A DNA stretch of 64,000 nt from Camelus ferus (Eukaryota). Positions 51,671 to 64,000 of this stretch are shown here, one piece after another; the stretch's first letter is position 1; each line of letters opens with the position of its first letter. Location of the stretch: assembly GCF_009834535.1 (NCBI RefSeq), contig NC_045697.1, positions 31,932,001 through 31,996,000 of the forward strand. The letters run 5' to 3'. The notes beneath the pieces were generated by a model, which saw nothing but the letters and a program-made list of their open reading frames with translations, made no database searches and was not told the origin of the DNA. A program made the position numbers and the translations under genes.

Positions 51671-52929
51671 ATTAGGTAAAACATCTGTGAACTGTTTAGT
51701 CTTGAGAAAAATAGGGCTTTGCATAACAGCATTAAAGAAAATGTATCTTTATAATGTTGATTGTATCTCGTCCCACCACATTTTTATACTATCCCTGAAT
51801 AAAAAAAATAGGACTCCAAAGTCTATTTTAAAAGGATATGTCATATTAAGCACTAAAATATTTTAAGAATATTTAATGATTTTAAATTAATTCAAAAAAA
51901 TGAAATTAATACACCAAAATGTGATATAGAGTTGTTGAGAAATACAACATCAATTTTTCTTTTAAAAAGTGAATGAAAACAGCAAAGCTATCACCTGTAA
52001 CCTCTCAGAAAGGCAAAAAATAATCATCTGAATAAAAATGTATCTATCCAGCCTTGTTAAAGATGTGGCAAAATGGACATTATCTCCAAAACTGATAAAG
52101 ATTAAATTGTTTCAAACTTTTTGGAGGGCAGAGAAATCATAAACAAATTGAAATTTTAAATGTTTATACCAAGTTATCCAGTAATTTCATCTAGCAGTTT
52201 ATCCTAAGAAGATAATCAGACAAAGATTAAAAAAAAAAAGATTTATTTCCAAGGATATTCATTACAGTCTGGTATAGTAGGAAAAAATGGAAGTAGCACA
52301 CATGTTCCTCAAATGGAGATTATTAAATAAATTCTGGTCATTCCCTAATAGATGACTATGTAATCATCAAATTGGAGCTGCTGTATGTCTCACTGACAAA
52401 GAAATATCTTGCTTAAAATTTGAGTTTGAAAAGCAGTTTGTAAAATTATACTTCTAACACAAATTTACATAAAATTATATATAGGCTGTCTGCATGCACA
52501 CATTTATATGTGTTTCACTGCGCATGTTTGTGTACAAAGAGAGAGGACTGAGAAGGAATCTTTGCTTTTATTTTTGTATCTTACCTTCTTAAGAATATGG
52601 ACCTAGAAATAAATAATTAAAACAAATAGACAAGCAAACAAACAAAAACAAAACCAGAGAGATTAATTAGGAAGACTTCCATGAGGGGAGACTTGGCCAT
52701 ATGGATTAGCTTACCTCACTTATGAATAGTTATCATCATAATAAATGTTGTTTTCATAATTCATTGTAACGGAATTTGGAATTACAAACAATCATGACCA
52801 ATTTCTGGGAACGTGATTAAGCAAGCCAGTCTTCCTCTCACTACCCTTTTGTCATTTGTAAAGTCCTAGAAAGCCCCAAGCAGATGGCGGGTATACACTC
52901 CCCACCCTCCATTTTTTTCCCACCCTCAC

Positions 52930-53520
52930 AGCTTGAGTGGTCTTTTTTAGAAGAGGAATTTTTATCATGTTATTATATGTGCTCTGCCCTGTTCTCTGAA
53001 TCACCTACTTTAAAATCCTTTAATGAATTTCCATTGCTCCAGAGATAAAGGTAAAGCACTCTAGGGCCCCACCTGATGGCTGTTACTACCCGCTCCAGCC
53101 TCACAATGAGCTACGTTCTATGCTACACTCCAGCCACCCCTGTCTTCCTTCCGCCCCTTGGACTTGCTGGGCTTCCCTCTACCGCAGGTCCTCTTGTCCT
53201 CTTCTAGTTAACTCCTGCTTCTCCTCCACATGTCAGTTCAAGCATGGTCCTCACCAAAGCCCTCATTGACCTCCCTGACTAGGTGAAGTCCCCCGTCGTG
53301 CAATCACATAGCATCATACAGTTCTGTGGCTCTTATCACAACTGCAACGTGTGATAAATTTGATGAATACCTCTCTCCCCTACTTCACAGCAAGCTCCAA
53401 GAGTACAGGGAACATGTCTATTTATGCATACTACTGCATTGCCAGCCCTCAGCTTGATACCTAGGAGGAACTCAGTAAATCATTTAGTGAATGAATAAGT
53501 AAATGAACCAATCAATCAAT
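52930..53520 (+). mobile_element. L2 3' end
   Basis: aaatcctttaatgaatttccattgct...aagctccaagagtacaggga...ctcagtaaatcatttagtgaatgaataagtaaatgaa tail. Confidence 0.75.
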
Positions 53521-54304
53521 CTCAAAGCTAACAGAATTCTGAGAGGTTCACCCCCCCATTACTGGATCCCGTTTAGCACATCAGACTATAATGTTTACAC
53601 TGTACCTTAAGTTTACAACAAGGAATCATCTGTGACCAGGCAAACTATCACTGACCTTATAAAGAATGACTTTTACAATATTCTTATAGAAGAAAATTAA
53701 AAATATTTTTAATACCAGTAAAATATATATTCTCTCAATATTCAAGTTTTTTTGGGGGGGGTGCTCAACACAGTTGAAATTAGAATTAATACCACAGTCT
53801 ACTCAACTGACAAACTGGCATTATTGGTAACCTCTGAGATGGTTACAGAAAAAAATGGTGGTGGTATTTCTTTTTCACTGGCTGTGAGTTTGATGATCTA
53901 GGCAGGTAATCTTTTAAATACCTTTCCAGCTACTGGATGTATAAAATACAGCAAATGGCACAACAGAAGCCATCACCCGTCCAAAGATATTCAAGATTTC
54001 ATATCATCTTTAAAGCTAACACTGTAGGTTGCTATCTTAAATTATGATAGAGACCCAAGGTGGGAAAAATAAACTGACAAAGTTATAAAAAATTTTTTCT
54101 TCAAAACAATCTTTTGGCTGCTTTATCAAGATGGCCTTCAGCTGAAATCCTCTGATATGGGTAGTCATTCCCAATCTTTGAGATTAAAGTTAAAACCAGG
54201 ATTTCACAGCATCACCCAGAGCTTCTTGAACAGTTTTATCAGTGTCTGGTCTGTATCTTTCTTAAAGGCAAATCGGATTCTGCAGAAGCCATACTCTGGA
54301 ATTC

Positions 54305-54572
54305 AGCCAATGACAGTTGAAACTCAGAGACACTAAGCTAACAGCAGGATACTCAATCACAAAATCATTTTTTGCTAAGATTAAGTGGAGGACCACCTTT
54401 AGTGTATGAAAAAAAAAAAACCCTATAAATACAGATAGAACAAGCTATGCTTAAAATCCCTTGACTGTTGGAATCAGCAGCAGAAAGATAAATATGGATT
54501 TTGGCACCCAGAACAGGAACAGCTTTTCTGAGGGGAAAAGCTGTTATGTAAACCAACAGGTAAAGAGGTAAG
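54305..54572 (+). promoter_or_regulatory. Putative Pol II promoter and first exon (CCAAT, TATA, ATG, tandem splice donors)
   Basis: agccaatga 54305-54313; TATAAATA 54424-54431; aatATGg 54494; CAG|GTAAGA 54559/60 and GAG|GTAAGC 54566/67; apparently non-repeat context. Confidence 0.35.
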
Positions 54573-55190
54573 CTCAGAGACAACCCACAATCAACCCTGT
54601 TAGACTCATCTTTATTCCACAGTATTTTCAAAACCACCAGCTTCAGAGAAAGCAACATAAATCCAGAGTTACAGTTAACTATGAAGGGCAAAGGATGATA
54701 TTTTGAGAAAGAATTAAAGTTTTGTAATCATTAAGAAAACACACTTTCTAGAAATCTTACCTTCTGGCACATTTTTAGTATCTGGACTGGGCTGCTTCTA
54801 ACCTGATTTTACACTTGACCAAACCTCAGTGAGGCACCAGCACAGACACTGCTCAGCTCCTCCTGCTCTTTTTTCTTTTTTTGCAAAATTACATGCAAGT
54901 TAGTTGTCCAGGTTTTCTACACTGGGGGCTCTACTCAAGCAGTAGCTGAATGTACCCCAGTGTGAGGAAGACACAGAATGAAAATATTCCTTTCTGGTTA
55001 AGAGGGAAAAATCAGAGCATTCACTGGCATAAAAGGACTCTATAGTGGAACAGAAATGCATTGAGGAGGGAGAAGTATTCCATTAGCATGATCTTCTGTA
55101 ATTGATCGGAGAGAGGTTATTTAAGCTCCTTTAAGGTACTTCTAATTAGGTCATGCTTACCATTCAAGAAAACAATTACCAAAGGAAAGC

Positions 55191-55232
55191 TTTTTTTTCT
55201 TTTCTTTTTTTTTCTTTTTTTTTTTTTTTTTT
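55191..55232. repeat. Interrupted poly(T) tract followed by an acceptor-like ...tatgtag|G (55245)
   Basis: Read directly. Confidence 0.75.
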
Positions 55233-56265
55233 GCCTTCTATGTAGGAGAGCTGAGCATAATGACTAGTTCAGTATATGCTTATAGTTCCAAACAAGATAA
55301 GAGGATGTTTAAGAGAAAATAACCATACGAACCTGCTAGCAGGATTTACACATTTTACGTGAAGGAGATTGCAAACTGTAGAGCACTTCGACATGTGAAG
55401 TCTTTTGAGTTTTGCTAGTGGATAACCACTTTATTTTTTTTAAGGGGATATGAGTTGCTTTTGCTGGCATTTCTTTTCTGAGTACTTGCAGTTTTTTTTG
55501 TTTCTTTGTTTTAATAAATAATATCATATCTATTGACTGGCATTCTCCTGGAATTTACACAAATTCTTAACACATTTTCTGGGTTAAAAATTATCCAGAT
55601 ATTTCAGAATAATGAAGAAAATGCAAGTTGGATGAACGTACAAGCACCTCCTGACACAGCAATTCTTCCTGACTCTGCGTCTTAAGATGAAGATTGGTTT
55701 CTGCTTTCACCCACAACCTTCACACAAGGAAATGTTCTCTTTTTGAAAAAGGCTCTGGGGCATCCATTAGTGTTCTACTATTTCTCTCTTAATCTTGCTT
55801 TCTCATAGGAAGTAGATGGGGATATTTTCAGATCTCAAATCTACCTTTAATATCATTGAAAAGACATGAAGAGTTGAAAATATACAGTTTAGAAATACCA
55901 GTCACTTGAATTGGATGCTGTCATGTATTTGGGATTATAAATGTTTCCAACCTTCAAAATTGTAAATATGGCCAAAATGTACCCAAAAATCACATCCTTA
56001 TACAGAAATAACTATACATCTAGAAATTAATCTTATCAGAATACTTAGAAATAGGCTCAAATTTTACATATGATATTACCATTAGAGCATAACTTGAAAA
56101 CTGGAAAAGGTATAAAGCCACCTAAAGACATTGAAATAGAAGATTGGCTAAATAACAGATAACATTAGGGCTCTATGTAGTTGCAAATAACAGGAAATCT
56201 GACTAATGGGGTTTTGATTAATTCATATATAATCATATGATTATATATGAATTATATTAATTCTT

Positions 56266-57848
56266 TTTTTAAACATTTTTATTGAGTTATAGTTATTTAA
56301 CAATGTTGTGTCAAATTCCACTGTAGAGCACAATTTTTCAGTTATATATGAACATATATATATATTCATTGTCACATTTCCTTTTCGCTGTGAGCTACCA
56401 CGAGATCTTGCATATATTTCCCTGTGCTATATAGTATAATCTTGTTTATCTATTCTACATATGCCTGTCAGTATCTACAAATTTTGAACTCCCAGTATAT
56501 CCCTTCCCACCTCCCTCCCCATTGGTAACACAGGTTTGTATTCTATGTCTATGAGTCTGTTTGTTTTGTATTTTTTTTTTTTTTTTAGATTCCACATATG
56601 AGCAATCTTATATGATATTTTGCTTTCTCTTTCTGGCTTACTTTACTTAGAATGACATTCTCCAGGAACATCCATGTTGCTGCAAATGGCGTTATGTTGT
56701 CGGTTTTTATGGCTGAATAGTATTCCATTGTATAAATATACCACCACTTCTTTATCCAGTCATCTGTTGTTGGACATTTACGCTGTTTCCATGTCTCAGC
56801 TATTGTAAATAGTGCTGCTATGAACATTGGGGTGCAGGTGTCTTTTTGAGGTAGGGTTCCTTCTGGATATATGCCCAGGAGCGGGATTCCTGGGTCATAC
56901 GGTAGGTCTGTTCCTAGTCTTTCAAGGAATCTCCATACTGTTTTCCACAGTGGCTGCACCAAACTGCATTCCCACCAGCAGTGTAGGAGGATTCCCTTTT
57001 CTCCACAGCCTCTCCAGCATTTGTCATTTGTGGACTTTGAAATGATGGTTATTCTGACTGGTGTGAGGTGATATCTCATTGTAGTTTTGATTTGCATTTC
57101 TCTGATAATTAGTGATATTGAGCATTTTTTCATGTGCCTATTGATCATTTGTATTTCTTCCTTGGAGAATTGCTTGTTTAGGTCTTTGGACCATTTTTGG
57201 ATTGGGTTGTTTATTTTTTTCTTATTAAGTCGTATGAGCTGCTTATATATTCTGGAGATCAAGCCTTCATCGGTTTCATTTGCAAAAATTTTCTCCCATT
57301 CCATAGGTTGTCTTTTTGTTTTACTTATGGTTTCCTTTGCTGTGCAGAAGCTTGTAAGTTTAATTAGGTTCCATTTGTTTATTCTTGCTTTTATTTCTAT
57401 TGCTTGCATAGACTGCCCTAGGAGAACACTTTTCAGATATATGTCAGATAATGTTTTGCCTATATTTTCTTCTAGGAGGTTTATTGTATCTTGCCTTATG
57501 TTTAAATCTTTGATCCATTTTGAGTTTATTTTTGTGTATGGTGTAAGGGAGTGTTCTAGCTTCATTGCTTTACATGCTGCTGTCCAGTTTTCCCTACACC
57601 ATTTGCTGAAGAGACTGTCTTTATTCCATTGTATATTCTTGCCTCCTTTGTTGAAGATTAGTTGACCGAAAGTTTGTAGGTTCATTTCTGGGCTCTCTAT
57701 TCTGTTCCATTGGTCTATATGTCTGTTTTTGTACCAATACCATGCTGTCTTGATGACTGTAGCTCAATAGTATTGCCTGAAGTCTGGGAGAGTTATTCCT
57801 CCAGCCTCTTTCTTTTTCTTCAGTAATGCTTTGGCAATAGTAGGTCTT
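56266..57848 (-). mobile_element. Young 5'-truncated L1 from the same lineage as the full-length copy
   Basis: Near-identical to 9490-11066; exact 18-bp TSD tgaattatattaattctt at 56248-56265 and 57849-57866. Confidence 0.96.
56585..57685 (-). pseudogene. L1 ORF2 C-terminal 366-aa open frame (CCHC domain); no promoter, no RT core
   Basis: [18 protein letters not shown]; ends LICGI* like the full-length copy; in-frame TGA upstream at about 57764. Confidence 0.9.
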
Positions 57849-60109
57849 TGAATTATATTAATTCTTATATAAGTTATTTATAAGAGTTAATTTTTCTCAC
57901 ATAATAAGTCTACTTAGAAGTAGTGGCTCACACGCCTTTGATGCTCAGCAATGCCAGAATTTTTCTATATTCCTGATCTAACAGCCTTCGAATGTTGTTT
58001 GCATTCTCATAGTTGAAAGACAGCAGACACGGCTCAGACATCATCTTTCAAGGTAGAAAGAACAGGATAAAGATCTAAAAAAATCTTAGCATACCAGGCC
58101 TTTTTATCAACAAAGCAGAAACTTCCCAGAAATCTAGCAGAAGACTTTTACTTAAATCCCATAAGCCATAAATGGGTTACACTGACAACCCTAGCTGGAA
58201 GATAAGTGTGAAAGATTATTTCTTTTCCAGCCTCAATTCCTGGAAGTAGAGAGAAGGAGATGGAAATGACAGCTGAGTGAGCCAACCAACAGTCCTGACC
58301 ACATAAATTACATCTTTGAAATAAGTTACAAGAGAACAGGAGCTTTACCTCTTGGCTTTTGCATCCCTGGAGTAGAGTACTCTGCTCGACACACGGGAAT
58401 GTTCAGTAAATGGCTGATGAATGAATAGGTTGATAAATGAATAGAATATTGGCAGTCATAAAAGTATATTTTCAAAGGGTTTTAAGAGCACTGAAGACTG
58501 CTTCCAACAAAATATTATACAAAGTAAGCAGAATACAAACCTATATATTTTGTGTCTATAGCCTGGAATTAAGGTCAATCCTGAAACATGTACATATAAA
58601 CAAGTGTGAATACAAATTTCATATTGTTAAAGTGTTCTCTCTTGTTAGTATTCCTATGAGTTACAACCCTGCTGTGCCTTAGTATCTATATTATAAAATT
58701 GGTAACATCCCAAGTTTATTAGGATAATGAAATGAAATGAAGTTAGTTGTTAGTTAACCAAAAGAATCTACTTTCTTCCCTTTCCTATCCTTTGATTAGT
58801 TTTTTGGCCAGTATTAAATTTTTGTTTTAGCTTTATTTTCCTGCCTGATTCTCTCAATTTCTGCTCCAGATAATTTATGTGGTGCTTAGAGCTACATTCT
58901 GCTGATCGTCTACTTCAGGTCAATCTTGACCATGCAAAAAAATTTTTTAAAGTAACTATTGGTAAATACTGGTGACAATCTTTGTACTTCTAGGGATCCA
59001 TGCATTTTCTTTTTCTGATGGAAACAGCATCATTGCCCTCTTGACAATATTTTAGTGGTGCTAGGTGATCCAGACTTTCAATGAGCACAATGCATCATAC
59101 AGTCCATTAGAATGAATATAGTAAAGTCCCCTCTCTCAAGGGGCTTGCTTGAAGTCCAGAGAAAGACAAACAGAGGAACTGAGAATTTTAAGTGCATGAG
59201 GCCGGTGCACTGATGACACTGAAGCTATAGTGAGGGTACAGACACAAGTGTGGAGGATCAGCCAGGGGCAGGAGGGACGAAGGCAGTTTATGGAGGAGGT
59301 GACAGCACAGAAGACTCATATTACACAGATAGGTGGATGCTGAAGGGGAGGAAAGGGAGGTAAAGCAGTCAAGAACAATTAAAAAAGAACATCTTTTAAG
59401 GGATTAACCATTTCTATGAAAAGAGGCCCTGGGACATTTCTCCTTCAGTTACTTTGCTTGCAAACCTGCTTCAAAATCCAGTGTGTTTTTGATTAATAAG
59501 CATCCTTTACTGTGTCTGAAAGGAAAGGTCTTAAGGTCAGTAACAGGATGCCTTTCCAGGCACAGAACTGGGTCTCAATATTTGCTTCCAAAAATCAGGC
59601 CACGTTTTGGAGACACTGCTTCGATTATTTTAAAAACCTGGGACACTGTTACAAGGTGCTGCTTGGTGCAGAGAAATAACCCCACATCATCTTTCAGGAC
59701 AGCACAGCTATAATTAAAATCCCAGCCTTATCAGTGATTTTGGAAATCCATTCATATGATAGGTTTCATGAGCTCATAAAATATGGAGGGACATTTCTCT
59801 ATTCAATAACATAGGATGATGCATCTGTTGCAAATACTACTTATTTTGTAGAAAGTAAATGCAAAATGTTTACCTTTATTAATGGAGCTCATCTTCCTTG
59901 AGCCTCCTTCTTCCTCCCCTCACCTGGCTGACCTCCACTACCAGCGGGCATAACCTTACCTTCTCTGGAATCCTTTACTAACTCAGGAACCCTGGGAGAG
60001 ACGTCTTTCCTGGAGGCTCCCTATGCTCTTCATCCTAACACATGTCTACTCATTACCCCGTCCTTCACGACACCGACAGGGCTCAGGGACCGGAGACCCT
60101 CAGGAAGCC

Positions 60110-60360
60110 TCAGTACAGGTTGTAGTTAAGAGCAAGGGATCCAGAGCAGTGCTGCCGGGGATCACATACCAGCCCCATGCTCCGTGGCTCTAACACTGTA
60201 TGTACTTAATCTGTTTATTCCTCAGTTTCCTCATTTGTAAAATGGGAACCATAACAATATTTATGTCATAGGGTTGTTATAAAGATAACATGATTCAATA
60301 TTTTAAAGCATTTATTCTGGGACCCAACCCATCATAAGTACTATACAAGTTTAGCTATTT
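60110..60360 (+). mobile_element. MIR SINE within L2 remnants (about 59880-60450)
   Basis: gtagttaagagca...tacttaatctg...cctcagtttcctcatttgtaaaatggg...catagggttgtt. Confidence 0.8.
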
Positions 60361-61439
60361 TTTAAAAATTAATCATCGGTGTTTGTCCAGGACTAACATT
60401 ATTCCTGGCCCCAAACTGGTGATAAATAATATGTTGAATAAAGCAACAGAATTAAATCACTGAGCAAATTTTGTTCTCTTATCTCATTCTTCCCACTGTT
60501 CCTGCCTCTCTTCCCCAGGCCCCAGTCTCTTTTCCTTCTCTCTTCTTTCCGCCTCTCTCACTCACATCCAGTCAATACTCCAAGAGTTTACAAAATCCTT
60601 GGATTAGAAATTGTGAAATTTCACACACTTCATTCGCTGCACTGAAAAGTCAGATCTCATTAAAGATATCTAAGTCTATTTCTCCCAAAGTACGATCCTT
60701 TATAAATAACACCAAATAGTTTAGACAGCTACACAGCAAGGTAAGTGAAGACTACAGTCTTCTCAGAAGAACTGGGGCACTCCTCAAAACCAGTCTTTCA
60801 CTTAGATAATGCTCAGTATGTGTTAGCCTAGACTGTCTACAACTTTCTAGAAGATCGCACAGCTTTTCACTCTACACTGATGGGGAGGCCCAAAGTCAAA
60901 GTGTAGACTAATGCACAAGAAGTACACAAAGGCGCTCCTGGAGCAGAAAGAACAATCAACACAGAGTGGAGGGCTGGCATGTGATGAGAAGAATCTGACC
61001 TACATTTTAGCAGACCTAGAGGCTGCAGGAAACTGCCTGAAGCCTTCCTTCCTGAGATAGAACTACAGCTCTCCTCTCGTATCCTGTGGAGTTCCATAGC
61101 CTGTCCACTCATGGCTGCATGAGGATTGTAATGTCCCAGACAGCTGGACGGCAAATGTATTCAGGCGCCCTCCCTACAAAAAGTCCTGAAGCTGAGATTT
61201 AGGAAAAGGTGGCAGGGCCCCCAGCCCTTCTGCAGCCTCAAGCTCTCAACGTGGTTTTACCGGAGAGGCATGCACGTTGGGCCTATGGGGGCTTCTTATA
61301 AATGATGAGTTTTTTTCAGTCTAATTACCTATACATCTAGTACAGATGTTTTCAATCAGCTAGGACCAACAGGAAGAAGAAAACTAAGTGATTTTCATCT
61401 CACGCCATCGACATAGGTGAGAAACCTATGTCTTCCCTC

Positions 61440-61830
61440 ATTGTTACTACTATGAGCAAAGCAATGGGAATATAGACGTAACAAAATGCAGTTGTTTCCA
61501 TCAGGGAGCTCACATTCCAGTCAGGGATATCAGAGCAGTAGTAAGACTAAAAGGAGCCACAATAGGTAAAGGGTTAACTGTGACCAGAGGAGGTTGGAGA
61601 TAACTTCGGTTCTGGGTCTCCAAAAATACGTGTCAGGTTCTTAGATGAAAAAGTAGGAAAGGGTATTCCTGGTGGAGGAGGCAGTATGAGCAAAAGCATC
61701 AAGCAGCATGGAAGGCTGAGACATCTGGGAGAGACTGGATGTGTCTGGAGCACCTGGAATGAGTGAGAAGCAGGGGGAAATAATCCTGGAGGGAAGTCCT
61801 GACACTAACGTTTGCAGCACCCAGGGTAAA
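61440..61830 (-). mobile_element. L2 fragment
   Basis: tcagggagctcacattccagt, gggtattcctggtggagg..gcagtatgagcaaaagca. Confidence 0.6.
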
Positions 61831-62014
61831 AAATGTAAAAGAAGCCTGCATACCATATGACTAGTTAAAATGTATAAATCAAGATAACCTAATGTTAAAT
61901 AAAATATGCTCTAGCCTCCTACCTTTACGAATAGACAGTCTTAACAACCTGAAGGCCAGAATGAAATTTAGAGCTCTTGTATTTCTTGAGGTTTCACATG
62001 AAAAGACAGCCCCC

Positions 62015-62571
62015 ATACCCCACAACACGATAACTTAAACAACAAATATTCACTGTCTTACAGTTCTATGGGTTAGTAATGCCTGCATTACAGCCCTGGC
62101 TCAAGATCTTTCATATGGTTGCAACCAGACTGTCCACTGGAGCTGTGATCTCACTTGGAGGCTTGACTAGGAGACAATATGCTTCCAAGATCACTCACAT
62201 GGCAGGAGTCTGTTTCTTAATGTCTGTTGGATCAATAACCTCAGTTCATCACTAGCTATAGGTTTGGCCAGAGATTTCCATTTCCATCAGGTCCACGTCA
62301 CGTGGATCTCTCCACAGGGCACTCACAACATAGCAGTTGGCTTCTCTCAGAGAGAATGAATGAGTAAGAGGTCAAGAGTAAACATCCAAGATGGAAGTCT
62401 TTGCCTTTTTATAACCCAATCCAAGAAGTGACACCCCATCACTTTTGCTGGATTGTATTCATTAGAAGGGAGTCACCAGGCCCCGCCCATACTCAAGGAA
62501 AGGATAACACAAGAGCATGAATACCAGGAAGTAGGATCAGTGGGCGACCACCTTACAAGCTTCTTGCCACA
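62015..62571 (-). mobile_element. MLT1F-like MaLR solo LTR
   Basis: ggaggcttgactagg...tgcttccaagatcactcacatggc...gaagtgacaccccatcacttttg...catgaataccaggaag...tgccaca. Confidence 0.8.
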
Positions 62572-62829
62572 GACTAACACGCAGATGACAATTTTAATCA
62601 AGCATCCTTCTTTATATATACAATATATATACCACACACGTGTGTGTGTGTGTATACATCAATGAGTGAACAAGATATTAGGATAAAATGTTCACATATC
62701 CTTGATTTAAAATGGTTTTGAATTAACTATTAGTGACTGCAATGAAAAATGTAATGATTATTTTTTTCTAATGAAGCAATCAGAAAGAAATCCACACAAA
62801 TATTTTGGGGTCGAATTAATTTCCTACAG

Positions 62830-62955
62830 CTGCCGTTTCCTCTGGTAGCAAATCACTAAAAATTCAGTGGCTTAAAACAACATAAATTTACTACCTTACA
62901 GTTTGAGAGGTTAGAAGTTCAAAATCAATCTTAGTGGGCTAAAATCAAGGTGTAA
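62830..62955 (-). mobile_element. MLT1D/E-like LTR fragment
   Basis: agtggcttaaaacaacataaattta...cttacagt...gggctaaaatcaaggtgt. Confidence 0.7.
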
Positions 62956-63639
62956 AAGTCGCCTACTCTTTGGCCATGCAATTTAAATGAAGAAACAAAG
63001 ACCAAATAACATCAAATTGTTTACAACTGTCCCTAATCTTCTGAAAGGAGCACATCCTGGGATTACACTTGATAAACTATTGAGAATTACTATTGGGCCT
63101 CACATGAGGACTGAACAGTAACACTGTTTACATGGAGTCTTTGACAGATTCTGCGTAAATTATGTGATTAGTCCATGGAAACTAAAACAGAAGCCACAAA
63201 GTGGAGTAAAACCAGGTGTGAGTGTGTGAATGTATGTGTGTGTGTGTGGTCTGTCTTCTGTGTCTGTGTGCACACTTACACATGCATGCAAGGGGTAAAA
63301 GAGTGATGATACTTCACAATGGATAAACTGGTTAAGAGTCAAAATCCCATGTTCTTCACACTTTAGTGTAAAATATCCTCTGTGAGATAGCACAGGATAG
63401 CACAAAGGATATTAGCTATCTAATGTGACTGAAGCACCATATTAAGCTAGGTAATGGAATTACGTATTATTGCCATGTAAAATTACATTAATTTTTATGT
63501 TGCTAATTTTTAAATTTTAATCAATTCTACTATATGACCATCACACACACTGTGGAAATCTAGCAATTACACAGAACTTGGCTTTCTTTTTCTGTTCAGA
63601 ACATGAAGGCCTTTATTTTAACATTGGGTAATATTCCCA

Positions 63640-64000
63640 GAAAACTCATAGCCAGTCACAAAGCCTCCTCCCCATCCCCCATTTCAGCCTGACAAAATCC
63701 TGAGACTTACATTTTAGATGTTCAAAGTCTAAAATTTTTACTAGCTCATTTTGTAATTCCCTGATGGAGCTAGGTATTTCCTCTTCAATTAAATAAAAAC
63801 TATTATAATATTTCATATTCACTTTGTAGATCAATGATAAATTTAGCATTGTCTGATAAAGGAACAAAGTTCCTAGCATATACTGTTTTGTTTCCTGAAG
63901 TATCACACTTGAATGTACTTGAATGTAGCAATTACCGTGAGCCTCAGGATCAGTCCCAGACTTTTCCATTTTATTATTCCATCATGGGGGACATCATATA
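63640..64000 (-). mobile_element. Probable ancient L1MC 3'UTR remnant
   Basis: Weak resemblance only (caggatcagtcccagacttttccatt...catcatgggggacatc). Confidence 0.35.

Larger units (their letters stand above)
56165..58303 (-). mobile_element. MLT1J-like MaLR LTR, split by the young L1 (pieces about 56165-56220 and 57880-58303)
   Basis: gttgcaaataacaggaaatctgact...|...tttttctcacataataag...cttcccagaa...agccaaccaacagtcctgaccaca terminus. Confidence 0.7.

Noticed and set aside
57087..57665. 192-aa + strand ORF, and similar ORFs at 5746-6126, 7018-7386, 8739-9125 and 9684-10196
   Set aside because: Antisense shadows of A-rich L1 coding sequence, giving Phe/Leu/Ile/Ser-rich pseudo-hydrophobic peptides.
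58835..58925. Acceptor-like site and 49-bp candidate exon downstream of the putative first exon
   Set aside because: Weak donor (gtcaat) and an in-frame stop in phase 0.
1..64000. The many 60-110 aa ORFs outside L1
   Set aside because: No recognisable domains, often non-ATG starts, and many lie in decayed repeats; consistent with chance.
1..64000. Inferring host-gene direction from repeat orientation
   Set aside because: L1s are mostly + (implying a - gene) while LTRs are all - (implying a + gene), so the signals conflict.

Overview
AT-rich placental-mammal DNA, almost certainly intronic or intergenic, and probably from a camelid because it carries two tRNA-Ala-derived vic-1-like SINEs. It is dominated by retroelements. 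The main one is a near full-length but dead 7.1-kb LINE-1 (3984-11066, + strand) with a 15-bp TSD, a CpG-rich 5'UTR, an open ORF1, and an ORF2 broken by 4 frameshifts and 3 stops. There is also a related 5'-truncated young L1 (56266-57848, - strand, 18-bp TSD), an older internally deleted L1 (about 37621-40958), many ancient L1M, L2 and MIR pieces, MaLR/ERVL LTRs and hAT fossils (MER20, MER5). No host protein-coding exon could be identified with confidence, and there are no prokaryotic systems. Best leads: (i) a 217-aa antisense ORF0-like frame and a 75-aa inter-ORF frame overlapping the ORF2 start in the full-length L1; (ii) a CCAAT-TATA-ATG-hairpin-double-donor cassette in unique sequence at about 54.3-54.6 kb that looks like an unannotated first exon; (iii) a 16-bp locally templated insertion inside a microsatellite; (iv) a perfect 36-bp palindrome at an L1 target site. 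Repeat family names come from recalled consensus features, not a database search, and the boundaries of old repeats are approximate.
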